In this document: piece by piece, positions 18,205 to 31,421 of the stretch
Layout: each line of letters begins with the position of its first letter
How positions within the stretch are numbered: the first letter of the stretch is position 1
Source of the DNA: an uncultured Actinomycetes bacterium
Lineage (GTDB): Bacteria > Actinomycetota > Actinomycetes > S36-B12
Assembly (NCBI GenBank): GCA_903960135.1
Contig: CAJBZP010000087.1
Coordinates: forward strand, 1 to 59,154
DNA: 59,154 nt
Reading direction: 5' to 3'
Position numbers and translations under genes: made by a program
The notes under the pieces: generated by a model
The model's database searches: none
The model's input: the letters and a program-made list of their open reading frames with translations, nothing else
Told to the model about the DNA's origin: nothing

Positions 18205-20225
18205 CTAGAACTACCCTGCAGCGAAGCACCACCCGCCCACCATTGGGTTTTGGTGCCATTGCCCTGCTCGCTACGTCCTTGGTGGTACTCGCGGTCAGTG
18301 CCCTCGGCGTATCCCTAGTCGTTGCCGGCGGCGGCTACGAACCGCCGAGTGTTGGGCTACCTGATCCTGGCCCGCTGGTGGTCTGGGGTGTCCCGATACT
18401 TCGCCTGCTAACCGACATCGCCGCACTAGCGACTATCGGGTGGCTGCTAGCCGCCAGCATCTTGGACCCGACCGGCAAAGATGGGGTGATCTCACGCGTT
18501 GGCCGCGTTGATGCCCTCCGCGCATCAATAGCTGCACTGATCTGGTCCGTGCTGGCCCTCGTTCAAATGTTTTTTGTACTTGCGAATGTCCTCGGTATCA
18601 CACTTAGCCAGGCTTTTGATCCGGCCGTCTTCGCGACCTATGCCAGCGATATCCCTGCCACCCGCGCCCTAATGGTCATGGCGCTGTTGGCTTTCGTCGT
18701 CGCTTTCGGCGCCTTTGTTACTTCGACCATCGGCGCTGAAGCCGGTTGGCTGCTCGTTGCCTTGGTCGCTGTTTCGCTGCCGGTCCTGGGCGGGCACGGT
18801 TCTGGCCTTGGCGACCACGCACTCGCCATCACCGCCGGTGTTGCGCACGTACTCGCCGCCGTGATTTGGATCGGCGGCCTGATGGCACTCGCCCTGCACG
18901 CTGTTAGGCGCGATGGTTCAGTGCAACGATCACTGCAGAGATTCTCGACAATCGCTCTAGTCGCGATCGTCCTACTAGCTGTTAGCGGGATCGCTAATGC
19001 ATACACAAGAATTGACTCAATCGGTCAACTGTTCACAACTGGCTACGGTCAAGTTGTCCTCGCGAAAGCTCTGTTAATAGTTGGCCTTGGTCTTATTGGT
19101 TACCTGATGCGCCGACGAGTCATTGCCGGGGCGAGCAAGGCGTCTGGGGTTTCGATATTTGCCCGGATTGCCGCACTTGAGCTGACGATCATGGTCGTTT
19201 CCGTTGCCTTGGGCGTGAGCCTCGCATCGAGTGCACCGCCGCGACTACAGACCGGCTTTAACTCTTTTGGTGAGACCCTGCTCGGATTCGCCTACCCACC
19301 ACCTCCCACCGTGTTGACCGTTGGCCTGGGCTTTCGACTCGAACCACTGTTCTTGACTTTGGGGATCGTTGGAGCGGCGCTTTATTGCATTGGCGTTGCT
19401 CGCCTGCGAGCCCGCGGCGACAAGTGGCCATGGGGTCGCCTTGTCGCGTGGCTGCTTGGCATCGGCATCATGATTTGGTGCACCAACGCGGGCATTGCCA
19501 CCTATTCGCAGGTCTCGGTGGGACTGCACATGTTCCAGCACATGACCATGACGATGCTGGCACCGATCATGCTGGTACTCGGTGCACCAGCCACCCTCGC
19601 ATTGCGGGCACTAAAACCCTCCCACGGTACCGAGCGAGGTCCGCGCGAGTGGCTTATGTGGTTCCTCCACAGTTGGATCACCCGCATTCTCACTAATCCG
19701 TTCTATGTGTTTTTTATCTACGTACTTGGCCTTTACGGCCTCTACATGACGCCACTATTCGGCTGGCTCATGGGCAGTCACGCCGGGCACGTCTTCATGC
19801 AACTTCACTTCCTCGCAGCCGGATATCTTTTCTACTGGGTACTCATCGGCATTGACCCGCGGCCTAAACCACTCCCGTATTGGGGTCGCTTATTAATGTT
19901 GATGCTGGCCTTGTCGGTGCATGGTTTCTTTGCGGTCGCGATGATGATGTCTTCGACCCCGCTGGCCACCGAGTGGTACGGGGTGGTCCAACCAGATTGG
20001 ATAGTTGACCCCCTCCGCGACACCTTGATCGGGGCCCAAGTGGCCTGGGGGTTGTCTGAGGTGCCGACACTGATCGTCCTGATTGCCATAGCCGTCCAAT
20101 GGTCCCGAAGCGACGACCGAGAGGCCAAGAGATCCGATCGCCAGGCCGATCGGGACGGCGACGCGGAGTTAAATGAATACAACGAGCGCTTTGCACGCTT
20201 GGCAGGGCAGGACAAACAGGGCTAA
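18201..20225 (+). CDS. CopD / cytochrome c oxidase assembly CtaG fusion
   Basis: CopD part GH...HVLAAVIWIGG...FS, TTGYG. CtaG part HMFQHM, HFLAAGYLF, HGFF. ATGA overlap with copC. Confidence 0.87.
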   Translation: MTRTTLQRSTTRPPLGFGAIALLATSLVVLAVSALGVSLVVAGGGYEPPSVGLPDPGPLVVWGVPILRLLTDIAALATIGWLLAASILDPTGKDGVISRVGRVDALRASIAALIWSVLALVQMFFVLANVLGITLSQAFDPAVFATYASDIPATRALMVMALLAFVVAFGAFVTSTIGAEAGWLLVALVAVSLPVLGGHGSGLGDHALAITAGVAHVLAAVIWIGGLMALALHAVRRDGSVQRSLQRFSTIALVAIVLLAVSGIANAYTRIDSIGQLFTTGYGQVVLAKALLIVGLGLIGYLMRRRVIAGASKASGVSIFARIAALELTIMVVSVALGVSLASSAPPRLQTGFNSFGETLLGFAYPPPPTVLTVGLGFRLEPLFLTLGIVGAALYCIGVARLRARGDKWPWGRLVAWLLGIGIMIWCTNAGIATYSQVSVGLHMFQHMTMTMLAPIMLVLGAPATLALRALKPSHGTERGPREWLMWFLHSWITRILTNPFYVFFIYVLGLYGLYMTPLFGWLMGSHAGHVFMQLHFLAAGYLFYWVLIGIDPRPKPLPYWGRLLMLMLALSVHGFFAVAMMMSSTPLATEWYGVVQPDWIVDPLRDTLIGAQVAWGLSEVPTLIVLIAIAVQWSRSDDREAKRSDRQADRDGDAELNEYNERFARLAGQDKQG

Positions 20226-20234
20226 TCTGCACGG

Positions 20235-20990
20235 ATGCGCCGGCTTCTCATCACCACGATTGCACTCTTGGTGGTAGTCAGCCCGCACGCCAATGCTGCG
20301 CAACCAAGTGCACCGGAGTGGTTTCCGACGCAGTTGGCACACGTCGAGGGCTCCGATCAGGTGATCGTTGTCACCGCACCCAGGTGGACTTCGACCTCGG
20401 GCACACTGCGCGCGTTCGAACGTTCGACCACCGGAAATTGGGTGCAAGTTCTTGATGCGACTCCTGCCTTATTGGGCTATGGCGGGTTGGTGATCGCAGC
20501 AGATCGCAAGCAAGGTACCGGTAAGACACCAGCGGGTACCTTCGCTATCGAGACGGCATTCGGCCGGCTCGCAAACCCTGGCACGGCATTGCCCTACACC
20601 GAATTTGATCGCGGTGATGCGTGGACGTATGACCCAAAGCATCCAGCTACCTACAATCTTTTCCAAGATGCAGACGTGAGCTGGGATGGATACGGCAACT
20701 ATGTCGAACGACTTTGGCAATATGGGATGCAATACAACTATGTGGCTGTACTTGACTTCAATCTGCCCAAGGGGCCGGTAACGGTTGGTGGCAATGGGAT
20801 TCGTCGAACTTCACCGCCGGCCGACATCCGTCGCGGCGGCGGCATCTTCTTGCACGTGAGTAATGGCGATAAGACCGCCGGCTGTGTCGCGATCGCTGAA
20901 CAGCGGCTGGCTCAGATCATGAAGTGGTTAGACCCAGCAAAAAAGCCAATCATAGTTATCGGCACGATCGCCACTATCAAACAGATGTAG
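20235..20990 (+). CDS. L,D-transpeptidase (YkuD-like) family secreted protein
   Basis: Signal peptide, GKTPAG, catalytic GGGIFLHV...TAGCVA. Confidence 0.82.
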   Translation: MRRLLITTIALLVVVSPHANAAQPSAPEWFPTQLAHVEGSDQVIVVTAPRWTSTSGTLRAFERSTTGNWVQVLDATPALLGYGGLVIAADRKQGTGKTPAGTFAIETAFGRLANPGTALPYTEFDRGDAWTYDPKHPATYNLFQDADVSWDGYGNYVERLWQYGMQYNYVAVLDFNLPKGPVTVGGNGIRRTSPPADIRRGGGIFLHVSNGDKTAGCVAIAEQRLAQIMKWLDPAKKPIIVIGTIATIKQM

Positions 20991-21017
20991 CAGTCAGCAA
21001 AAAGATGCAGCAGCCGG

Positions 21018-21800
21018 CTAACGCAACCTGATGTCACGGAGTACCGGGAACTGTGACCGCCAGGCCTTGGGAGTCTCGGGGTCGATTTCGACGTAGATGA
21101 TTTCCTCATCGCCACCACCCCTGGCGACCACCGCACCTTTGGGGTCAATGACACAGGAGTGGCCACCAAGGGTGGTGCCCGGCTGGTCGCCAACTTCATT
21201 GCATGCAATTAGCCAAGCCTGGTTTTCAATTGCCCTGGCTTGGGTCAGCACATCCCAATGCTCTATCCGCGGGGTGGGCCAGCCTGAGGTAACAACAAAT
21301 GCGGTCGCACCGCCTTCGGTCAATGCCCTGAAGAGCTCGGGGAAGCGAAGGTCGTAGCAAGTAGCCAGGCCGGTCGGACCAAGTGGGGTGTCAACGACAA
21401 CTAGTTCAGAACCGGCACTCATCAAAGTCGTCTCACCACCCTCGAAACCAAATAAGTGAATCTTTCGATAGGTGGCGCGGAGATCACCCTCGGGCGAGAA
21501 AAGCACACTGGTATTGAAGTAAGAGCCATCAGCTTCCTCGCAAAAAGAGCCCCCATGCAGCCAAATCGCGTGTTGTTTGGCCAAGGCACCCAGATCGGTG
21601 ATGAGCGGGCCGTCGATCACCTGTGCGTGCTCACGGGCCGCCTCGATGTCAAACGCGCCCACATGCCACAACTCAGGAAGCACGACGAATTGTGCTTTGG
21701 CTGCCGCTTTTGCGACCAGACCTAGAGCCCTAGTGACCCGCTGGTAAACCGGGTCGGCCGAAGTACAGTTCAATTGGATTAGGGCTACTGTGACGCTCAC
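21018..21800 (-). CDS. Carbon-nitrogen hydrolase (nitrilase superfamily amidase)
   Basis: E-K-C triad: VLPELW, YRKIHLF, TCYDLRFPE. Also ARAIENQ. Confidence 0.9.
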   Translation of the reverse strand: MSVTVALIQLNCTSADPVYQRVTRALGLVAKAAAKAQFVVLPELWHVGAFDIEAAREHAQVIDGPLITDLGALAKQHAIWLHGGSFCEEADGSYFNTSVLFSPEGDLRATYRKIHLFGFEGGETTLMSAGSELVVVDTPLGPTGLATCYDLRFPELFRALTEGGATAFVVTSGWPTPRIEHWDVLTQARAIENQAWLIACNEVGDQPGTTLGGHSCVIDPKGAVVARGGGDEEIIYVEIDPETPKAWRSQFPVLRDIRLR

Positions 21801-21857
21801 GAGGAAAACCTTAGCGGCGAAGATCACTTTCGGGGCCTACCACCGGATTGGAGCCAA

Positions 21858-22682
21858 GTGCAGGACACTTTCACAAAAGCCGACCTAGTCAAGGCATCAT
21901 TAGACGCTTTGACTCAGGTAGCCGACCTAGTAGCCCCGCTTACGGCAGCCCAGTGGGAATCCCCAACCCCATGCCCGGGGTGGCGGGTGTCCGATGTTGT
22001 TGCTCACCTGGCGGATTTTGAGTCGTTCCTGAGCGGTAACCCACGAGCCACCGCTGAGCCGGACTGGACAACTACGCCGCACGTGGCTAGCGAGGCCGGA
22101 AAATTCATCGAACTCGGAGTTGAAGCCCGGCGCGGGGCTACTCAAAGTGATCAAGTTGCCGAGTTGCTTAACCTCATCGAACTGCGCCGCACGATCCTGA
22201 CCGCTGACACCAGTGAGTTATCAAGTCAGGTGCGCGGGCCCTTCGGGGCACCGATAACCCTAGAACGGGCCTTGACTATGCGGGCGTTCGATACCTGGGT
22301 TCACGAGCAAGATATTCGCGACGCGGTGGATCAACCCGGTGGTTGGACGGGGCTCCCGTTCGAGGTGGCACTAAGTGTTTTGATCAGCGCCCTTCCTGTC
22401 GTCTGGGGCAAGAATTCGAAGCCCCCCGTCGGGGCTGTCCTCAATTTGGGCATCAGTGACCTAGCAAGTGAGGTATTCATTCGCCTCGATGATGACGGCC
22501 GCGCGCGTTTTATTTCCAAGGCAGAGCCCACTGTTCAACTATCGATCTCGGTCACGGACCTTGTGCATCGAATGTGTGGACGAGTTAGCGCCGATGACCC
22601 CGACTTTATCTCGAGAATTGAAGTTAGTGGGCCGGATGACTTAGTTCAGCGCCTGATAGGCGGCATGGTTATTACTCCGTAG
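21858..22682 (+). CDS. Mycothiol-dependent maleylpyruvate isomerase (MDMPI/DinB) family protein
   Basis: W..PTPCPGW.V.DVVAHL and D.WVHEQDIR. Confidence 0.85.
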   Translation: MQDTFTKADLVKASLDALTQVADLVAPLTAAQWESPTPCPGWRVSDVVAHLADFESFLSGNPRATAEPDWTTTPHVASEAGKFIELGVEARRGATQSDQVAELLNLIELRRTILTADTSELSSQVRGPFGAPITLERALTMRAFDTWVHEQDIRDAVDQPGGWTGLPFEVALSVLISALPVVWGKNSKPPVGAVLNLGISDLASEVFIRLDDDGRARFISKAEPTVQLSISVTDLVHRMCGRVSADDPDFISRIEVSGPDDLVQRLIGGMVITP

Positions 22683-23910
22683 CGTGCGCCAGCACCATTT
22701 CAACTGCTGGATCAGTCAGGAAATTGGCCATACTCACCAATGCCCTTGAGCCAAGTGCGCCGTCGATTACTCGATGATCAAAGGACAAGGACAGTTGCAT
22801 GATGGGGCGTACCACTATCGCCCCGTCAACAACCCATGGTCGATCAAGAATTCGGCCAATCGCCAAAATGGCGGACTCGCCTGGATTGATGATCGGGGTG
22901 CCGCCATCAACTCCAAAGACTCCTACGTTGGTGATGGTGATCGTGCCGCCGGTTAAATCGGCCGGCGTGCTGCGCCCCGCCCGTGCAGCCTCGATCAGGG
23001 TATGGATACTTCGTGCGAGTTGAGGTAACTGCATCGAGCCCGCCGCCTTAACCGATGGCACCAGCAGTCCGCGGGGGGTGTCAGCAGCGATCCCAAGATG
23101 AACCTCGCTATGGGTGACAATTTCGGCGCCCTGCGGTGACTCGATCCAGGTCGAATTAATCCGCGGGTATTGCTTGACCGCGTGAATTACCGCGGCGGCG
23201 GCGATAGTCAATGGCGTGACTCTGATGCCTTCGTAAGCCCCGTTGGCGCGCAACTTGGTAACCAAGTCAAGGGTCCGTGAAACATCAACCTCAACCCATT
23301 CGGTTACATGTGGTGCCGTGAATGCTGAGCGCACCATCGCGTCTGCCATGGCGCGCTGTACCCCACGCACCGGTTGGCGAACATCGCGCCCGGTCGACGC
23401 CGCTACTTGCCCGGCAGCCTGACCGGTGGGAGCGGTGCCCAGTACATCGGCACGGGTGATCACCCCGTCGGCACCGGTTGGTGTCACCGAGTCCAGCCGC
23501 ACGCCGAGCTCCTTCGCCAACTTGCGAACAAGTGGCTTGGTTCGGGTCGCGCTGGTAGGTGTGCGTTCTTGCCGGCTCGCCGGCTTTCGCGGCCGGCGGT
23601 GCGCCTCGTGGTCAGTTTTCACGCCGTAGCCGACCAGAACCGGCTCCCGATCATCGGCCTTGGCTGTTACCAAGATAGTGACAATCGGGGAACCAACGGG
23701 CACGATTTCACCCTCGGGAACATGAAGTGCTTCTATTGAACCGGCATACGGGCAGGGGAGTTCAACAACCGCCTTCGCGGTCTCAATTTCCACGATTATT
23801 TGGTTAACCGAAACACTGTCGCCGGGACGAACCCGCCACTTGACGATTTCGGCCTCGGTTAGGCCTTCACCTACGTCGGGCAGGTGGAATACCTGCTGCT
23901 GTTCCGCCAT
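22672..23910 (-). CDS. bkdC: 2-oxoacid dehydrogenase E2 (dihydrolipoamide acyltransferase)
   Basis: Single lipoyl domain ETAKA, E3-binding domain, catalytic DHRVIDG. Confidence 0.88.
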   Translation of the reverse strand: MAEQQQVFHLPDVGEGLTEAEIVKWRVRPGDSVSVNQIIVEIETAKAVVELPCPYAGSIEALHVPEGEIVPVGSPIVTILVTAKADDREPVLVGYGVKTDHEAHRRPRKPASRQERTPTSATRTKPLVRKLAKELGVRLDSVTPTGADGVITRADVLGTAPTGQAAGQVAASTGRDVRQPVRGVQRAMADAMVRSAFTAPHVTEWVEVDVSRTLDLVTKLRANGAYEGIRVTPLTIAAAAVIHAVKQYPRINSTWIESPQGAEIVTHSEVHLGIAADTPRGLLVPSVKAAGSMQLPQLARSIHTLIEAARAGRSTPADLTGGTITITNVGVFGVDGGTPIINPGESAILAIGRILDRPWVVDGAIVVRPIMQLSLSFDHRVIDGALGSRALVSMANFLTDPAVEMVLAHATE

Positions 23911-23911
23911 C

Positions 23912-24898
23912 TCAGTACCTCATCACTCGTTCAGCAGCATCGAGCACTCGATCGAGATCCGGCAGGAAATGCTCCTCGATTCGACTTGCCGGATAAGGCA
24001 CATCGAATCCCGCGACCCTAGTAACCGGCGCTTCGAGTTCATAGAAGCACTTTTCGCCAATACGTGCTGCAATTTCGGCCCCTACCCCACCACTTAGTGC
24101 AGCTTCATGGACGACAACAAGTCGACTTGTGCGCTGGACCGATGCAACGAGGGTTTCGTAGTCAATCGGTGAGAGAGCTTGCAAATCGACAACCTCGAGT
24201 GAGATGTTGGTGGCGACGGCCGCAGCCTCGAGGCAGGTACGCACCATCGGGCCGTAACAGGCCACCGTGACGTCACTTCCAGCCTTAACAATTCGCGCCC
24301 GCCATGGATCAGCTACCGCTCCTAGGTCAAGGGCGGATTGGGATTCATCAACTTCGCCCTTGTCCCAGTACCGCCGCTTTGGCTCGAAGTAGATGACCGG
24401 GTCGTTGCAGGTGATCGCCTGTTGGATGGTGAGGTATGCCGACTGTGGATCCGAGGGCGTTAGAACTCGAAGCCCAGCGGTGTGAGCAAAGTACGCCTCC
24501 GGTGACTCACTGTGATGTTCGACGGCGCCGATCCCGCCACCATACGGGATTCGAATAGTGATCGGCATTGCTACCGCACCATCCATTCGCCGATGGAACT
24601 TGGCAACCTGCGAAACAATTTGATCAAACCCTGGATAAACAAAACCATCGAATTGAATCTCAAGGACTGGGCGATACCCGCGCATAGCCAGCCCGACCGC
24701 AGTGCCGACTATTCCGCTTTCAGCAAGTGGCGCATCCAATACTCGGTGCTCACCAAAATCCTTCTGCAATCCGTCGGTTACCCGGAATACCCCACCTAAC
24801 CGGCCGATGTCTTCACCGAACAAAAGCACCTTGGGATCGCGTTCCATTGCCTTGCGTAGGCCGGCATTTATCGCCTTCACCATCGTCAGGTTTGTCAT
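23912..24898 (-). CDS. bkdB: 2-oxoacid dehydrogenase E1 beta
   Basis: GEDIGRLGGVFR, PLAESGI, EIQFDGF, HHSESPE. Confidence 0.9.
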   Translation of the reverse strand: MTNLTMVKAINAGLRKAMERDPKVLLFGEDIGRLGGVFRVTDGLQKDFGEHRVLDAPLAESGIVGTAVGLAMRGYRPVLEIQFDGFVYPGFDQIVSQVAKFHRRMDGAVAMPITIRIPYGGGIGAVEHHSESPEAYFAHTAGLRVLTPSDPQSAYLTIQQAITCNDPVIYFEPKRRYWDKGEVDESQSALDLGAVADPWRARIVKAGSDVTVACYGPMVRTCLEAAAVATNISLEVVDLQALSPIDYETLVASVQRTSRLVVVHEAALSGGVGAEIAARIGEKCFYELEAPVTRVAGFDVPYPASRIEEHFLPDLDRVLDAAERVMRY

Positions 24899-24901
24899 TG
24901 G

Positions 24902-25981
24902 CTAACCCACCGCATCTTCAAAGGAGGCTAGGTACTCCAACATTTCAGCACGCTGTTCATCCATGCGCGGGTGCTGCTCTGAATAGACATCATCAAACAT
25001 CGATGCAGGTGTCGGGGGCACCATCGCACGGACACCCTCACGAATTTGCTCGGCTAGCTCTTCGCCTTCGTGCTCGATCTGATCGAAGTAGGAGCGATCA
25101 GCGATCCCTTGGCGTGCTAGGTGAACTTTCAATCGCTCGATTGGGTCCCGCAGTCGCCAGGTCTCGAGTTCACCCGCGAGCCGGTATCGCGTCGGATCAT
25201 CCGATGTCGTGTGGGCGCCCATGCGGTAGGTGTAAGCCTCGATCAGAGTTGGTCCGTTACCCGTACGCGCTCTTTCAAGTGCAACTTTGGTCACCGCCAT
25301 AACCGCCAGCACATCATTGCCATCAACCTGCACACCTGGGAAACCAAAACCTGCCGCACGTTCGAAAATCTGCACGTTGCTTTGCCGGTCACGCGGCTGT
25401 GAAATCGCCCATTGGTTGTTCTGGCAGAAGAAAACTACTGGCGCTGAGAAGGAAGCTGCAAAGACAAATGCCTCGTTCACATCGCCTTGCGCTGTTGCCC
25501 CGTCACCAAAATAAGTGACGGCAACGTCCTCGGCGCCGTCAAATGCAATACCCATCGCATAACCGACTCCATGTAGGACCTGTGCACCGATGACTATTGA
25601 ATACGGCCCGCACTTATGCGCGTTCGGATCCCAGCCGCCGTTACTCACTCCACGAAACATCGCGAGCATGTCAAGTGCTGCTACCCCTCGACACCAGGTC
25701 ACCCCGTGCTCACGGAATGTGGGAAAAGCAAAATCGTTGGGTGCCATGGCGCGGGCTGAACCCACCTGCGCGGCCTCTTGCCCAAGGCAGGGCGCCCATA
25801 AACCTAATTCACCTTGGCGTTGCAGCGCCGTCGCCTCGGTGTCGATCCGTCGCACCAAGACCATGTCGCGATAAAGGCCCCTGAGCTCAGCGTCCGTTAA
25901 GTTGATGTCGTATTGGGGATGCGCGACCCGCTGGCCCTCCGGGGTCAGCAATTGGACGGCGCTCACTCGTTCGTCAACCAT
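24902..25981 (-). CDS. bkdA: 2-oxoacid (branched-chain/pyruvate) dehydrogenase E1 alpha
   Basis: TPP motif GDGA...NN, GQEAAQ, HTTSDDP. RBS GGAGGA before ATG 25981. Confidence 0.9.
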   Translation of the reverse strand: MVDERVSAVQLLTPEGQRVAHPQYDINLTDAELRGLYRDMVLVRRIDTEATALQRQGELGLWAPCLGQEAAQVGSARAMAPNDFAFPTFREHGVTWCRGVAALDMLAMFRGVSNGGWDPNAHKCGPYSIVIGAQVLHGVGYAMGIAFDGAEDVAVTYFGDGATAQGDVNEAFVFAASFSAPVVFFCQNNQWAISQPRDRQSNVQIFERAAGFGFPGVQVDGNDVLAVMAVTKVALERARTGNGPTLIEAYTYRMGAHTTSDDPTRYRLAGELETWRLRDPIERLKVHLARQGIADRSYFDQIEHEGEELAEQIREGVRAMVPPTPASMFDDVYSEQHPRMDEQRAEMLEYLASFEDAVG

Positions 25982-26112
25982 CAATCCTCCACGGCACATC
26001 CTTGCACCCGCCAGACCGGTGGCCAACAGTCACAGTTGGCGACGCTAAGCGCAAGATAAAAGCGTTAATAGTGTCAAAATCGCTGTTTTCAGCTAGTGTC
26101 GCCCTAGTTAAA

Positions 26113-26127
26113 CGCATTAATAATGCG
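26113..26127. promoter_or_regulatory. Perfect palindrome CGCATTA-A-TAATGCG, putative Lrp/AsnC operator
   Basis: Lies in the AT-rich gap between the divergent E1 alpha and Lrp genes. Confidence 0.55.
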
Positions 26128-26144
26128 AAACGGGGTGGAATATC

Positions 26145-26600
26145 TTGATTAGCGCTCGCCCGGTCGATGAAGTTGACCGGCACATCATTTCGCTGCTGGT
26201 CGAAAATGGCCGGCGCAGCGTCCTTGATATTGCCGAGCGGGTCCAACTGACCCCGGCGCCGGTAAAACGCCGCATTGATCGACTAGAACGGCTCGGGGTA
26301 ATTGCTGGGTACACCACGGTGATTGATCAAAGTCGGCTGGACGGTGGCCTGGAGGCCTTCACTGAATTGCGGTTCGCCGGGAACACCGATGTTGATTCGA
26401 TTAAGAAAGCGGCAGCATCGCTGCCAGAGGTGATTGAGGTATTCACAGTGGCCGGTGACCCTGACGCCCTAATCCGTATCCGAGCCGACAACGTGCATCA
26501 TCTTCAGCAGGTGGTTGACGGTCTGCGCAAGCACGCCGAAGTGATCGGGACGAAGACACTAATAGTTCTCGAGGCATGGCGTCGCGATGGTTCAATTTAG
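26145..26600 (+). CDS. Lrp/AsnC family regulator (BkdR-like)
   Basis: DEVDRHII...NGRRS..DIAERV.L....VKRRIDRLE..GVI.GY, plus a RAM domain. Start approximate. Confidence 0.88.
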   Translation: MISARPVDEVDRHIISLLVENGRRSVLDIAERVQLTPAPVKRRIDRLERLGVIAGYTTVIDQSRLDGGLEAFTELRFAGNTDVDSIKKAAASLPEVIEVFTVAGDPDALIRIRADNVHHLQQVVDGLRKHAEVIGTKTLIVLEAWRRDGSI

Positions 26601-26614
26601 GGCACAATGCCAAC

Positions 26615-29864
<3,250 letters not shown>

Positions 29865-29868
<4 letters not shown>

Positions 29869-31388
29869 CCCTGCGGCGCCGAATGCTCTTTGCAGCTTTC
29901 CTCGCCTTCGGCGTGATGGTGACGAGTGCGGTGTTCTTAGTCCAGGAATATTTCGGCACGGTTGTTTCGCAAAATGAGGTGCGCGAAACACTTGACCCTG
30001 CTGCTGATTCCGCACAATCGATGGTGTTGGCGCAGGCAAATGCATCACGGGCACTCACCGATTATGCATTGCTTGCTACTCCGGAGTATCTAACTCGGCT
30101 AACCAACGCGATTGCGCGCACTGACGCTCTCGCGCAGCAGATTTCCCCGAAAGTAACAAGCCATTCTGACTTGACACAATTGCTGGCCAATGTAGTTGCC
30201 TCTCAGGCTACTTGGGTAACGAAAGGTGTTGGCCCGGTCACTTCAGCCATGGAGAGCGGTCGCGGTAAGAGGGCGCGGGCACTGACCGAGGCCGTCGCAA
30301 CGCGCCAGGCATACAACGACATGACCCAAGATGCCCAGCGCCTAGTAATCGCCATCGAAGACCACAGAGAAGAAGCCGCTAACCTCGCTCAAGGGTTCAC
30401 CTGGCTACTAGGTGTCGTCTTGTTGATTGCCGGGGTGAGTGCGACGGTATTGCTGGCCGGGCTCTTCCTCGGGCTTCGGCGGTGGGTCCTGCAGCCATTG
30501 GCTAGCCTGCAAGCCGACTTGAGACTGGCAACAGGGCAAGTGGGCCACGAACACGTTATTGACGGTGTCGGACCTCCGGAGATTGCACAGGTTGCGGTTG
30601 ATGCCGAGTCCATGCGCCGAAGCCTGGTCCGCGAGATTGATACCGCACGAGCTGCTCGGCAGGGATTGCTGCAGGAGGCTCCGGTGGTATCAGCACTTGC
30701 TGCCGAGCACATAGCCTCGCAAACGCTCGAGATCCCTGGTTTGAATATCTACGGCACGTCACAAACCGCTGAGGGAGTGATGTCCGGTGACTGGTGGGAC
30801 GCCGCCATCAGACCGGATGGCACGTTAGGGCTAGTAATTGCTGACGTTTCGGGGCACGGCGCCGCACCCGGAGTGACCGCCGTTCAGCTGCGGCCGCTAA
30901 TGCACGCCGGGCTGCGCGCCGGCAGCAGCCCGGATCAAATCCTTACGCTTGCAGCAACCATTCTTTTCGAGAGTGCGTTCTTTGTCACCGCACTCGCTGT
31001 CGTAATTGATCAACATGCCGGCACCATCACGTGGGCTAATGCCGGGCATGAACCGGCTCTGCTGGTTCAAGGCAACAAGTCCGCAAGTTTTTGTGAGCCA
31101 ACCGGGCCGCTACTTTCGTCTCTCGGTGGGAGTTGGGAGACGCGTACTCGGCAATTTGGTCCGGGTGCGCTACTTATCGCTTTCACCGATGGGTTGGTCG
31201 AATCACGCAGCGCTGCCGGCGAAACTTTCAGCTCGCACGATCTGTCGAGTTTCGTACGCGCTTGTGATGCTCCGGTTCGGATCAACGCCGAGGAAATCAC
31301 GCAGCGAGTGATTGCGCGCGCTCGGGAGCGTTCAGTGGAATGGCAGCGCGACGACATCACATTACTGGCGGTTTCCCGACCCCTTTAG
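29865..31388 (+). CDS. Membrane PP2C/SpoIIE phosphatase with CHASE3-like and HAMP domains
   Basis: TM-sensor-TM-HAMP, then SGDWWD, IADVSGHG, NAGH, FTDGLVE, DDITLL. Confidence 0.85.
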
Positions 31389-31421
31389 CGACTCGACACC
31401 GGCTAATGGCACGATGTCGTT

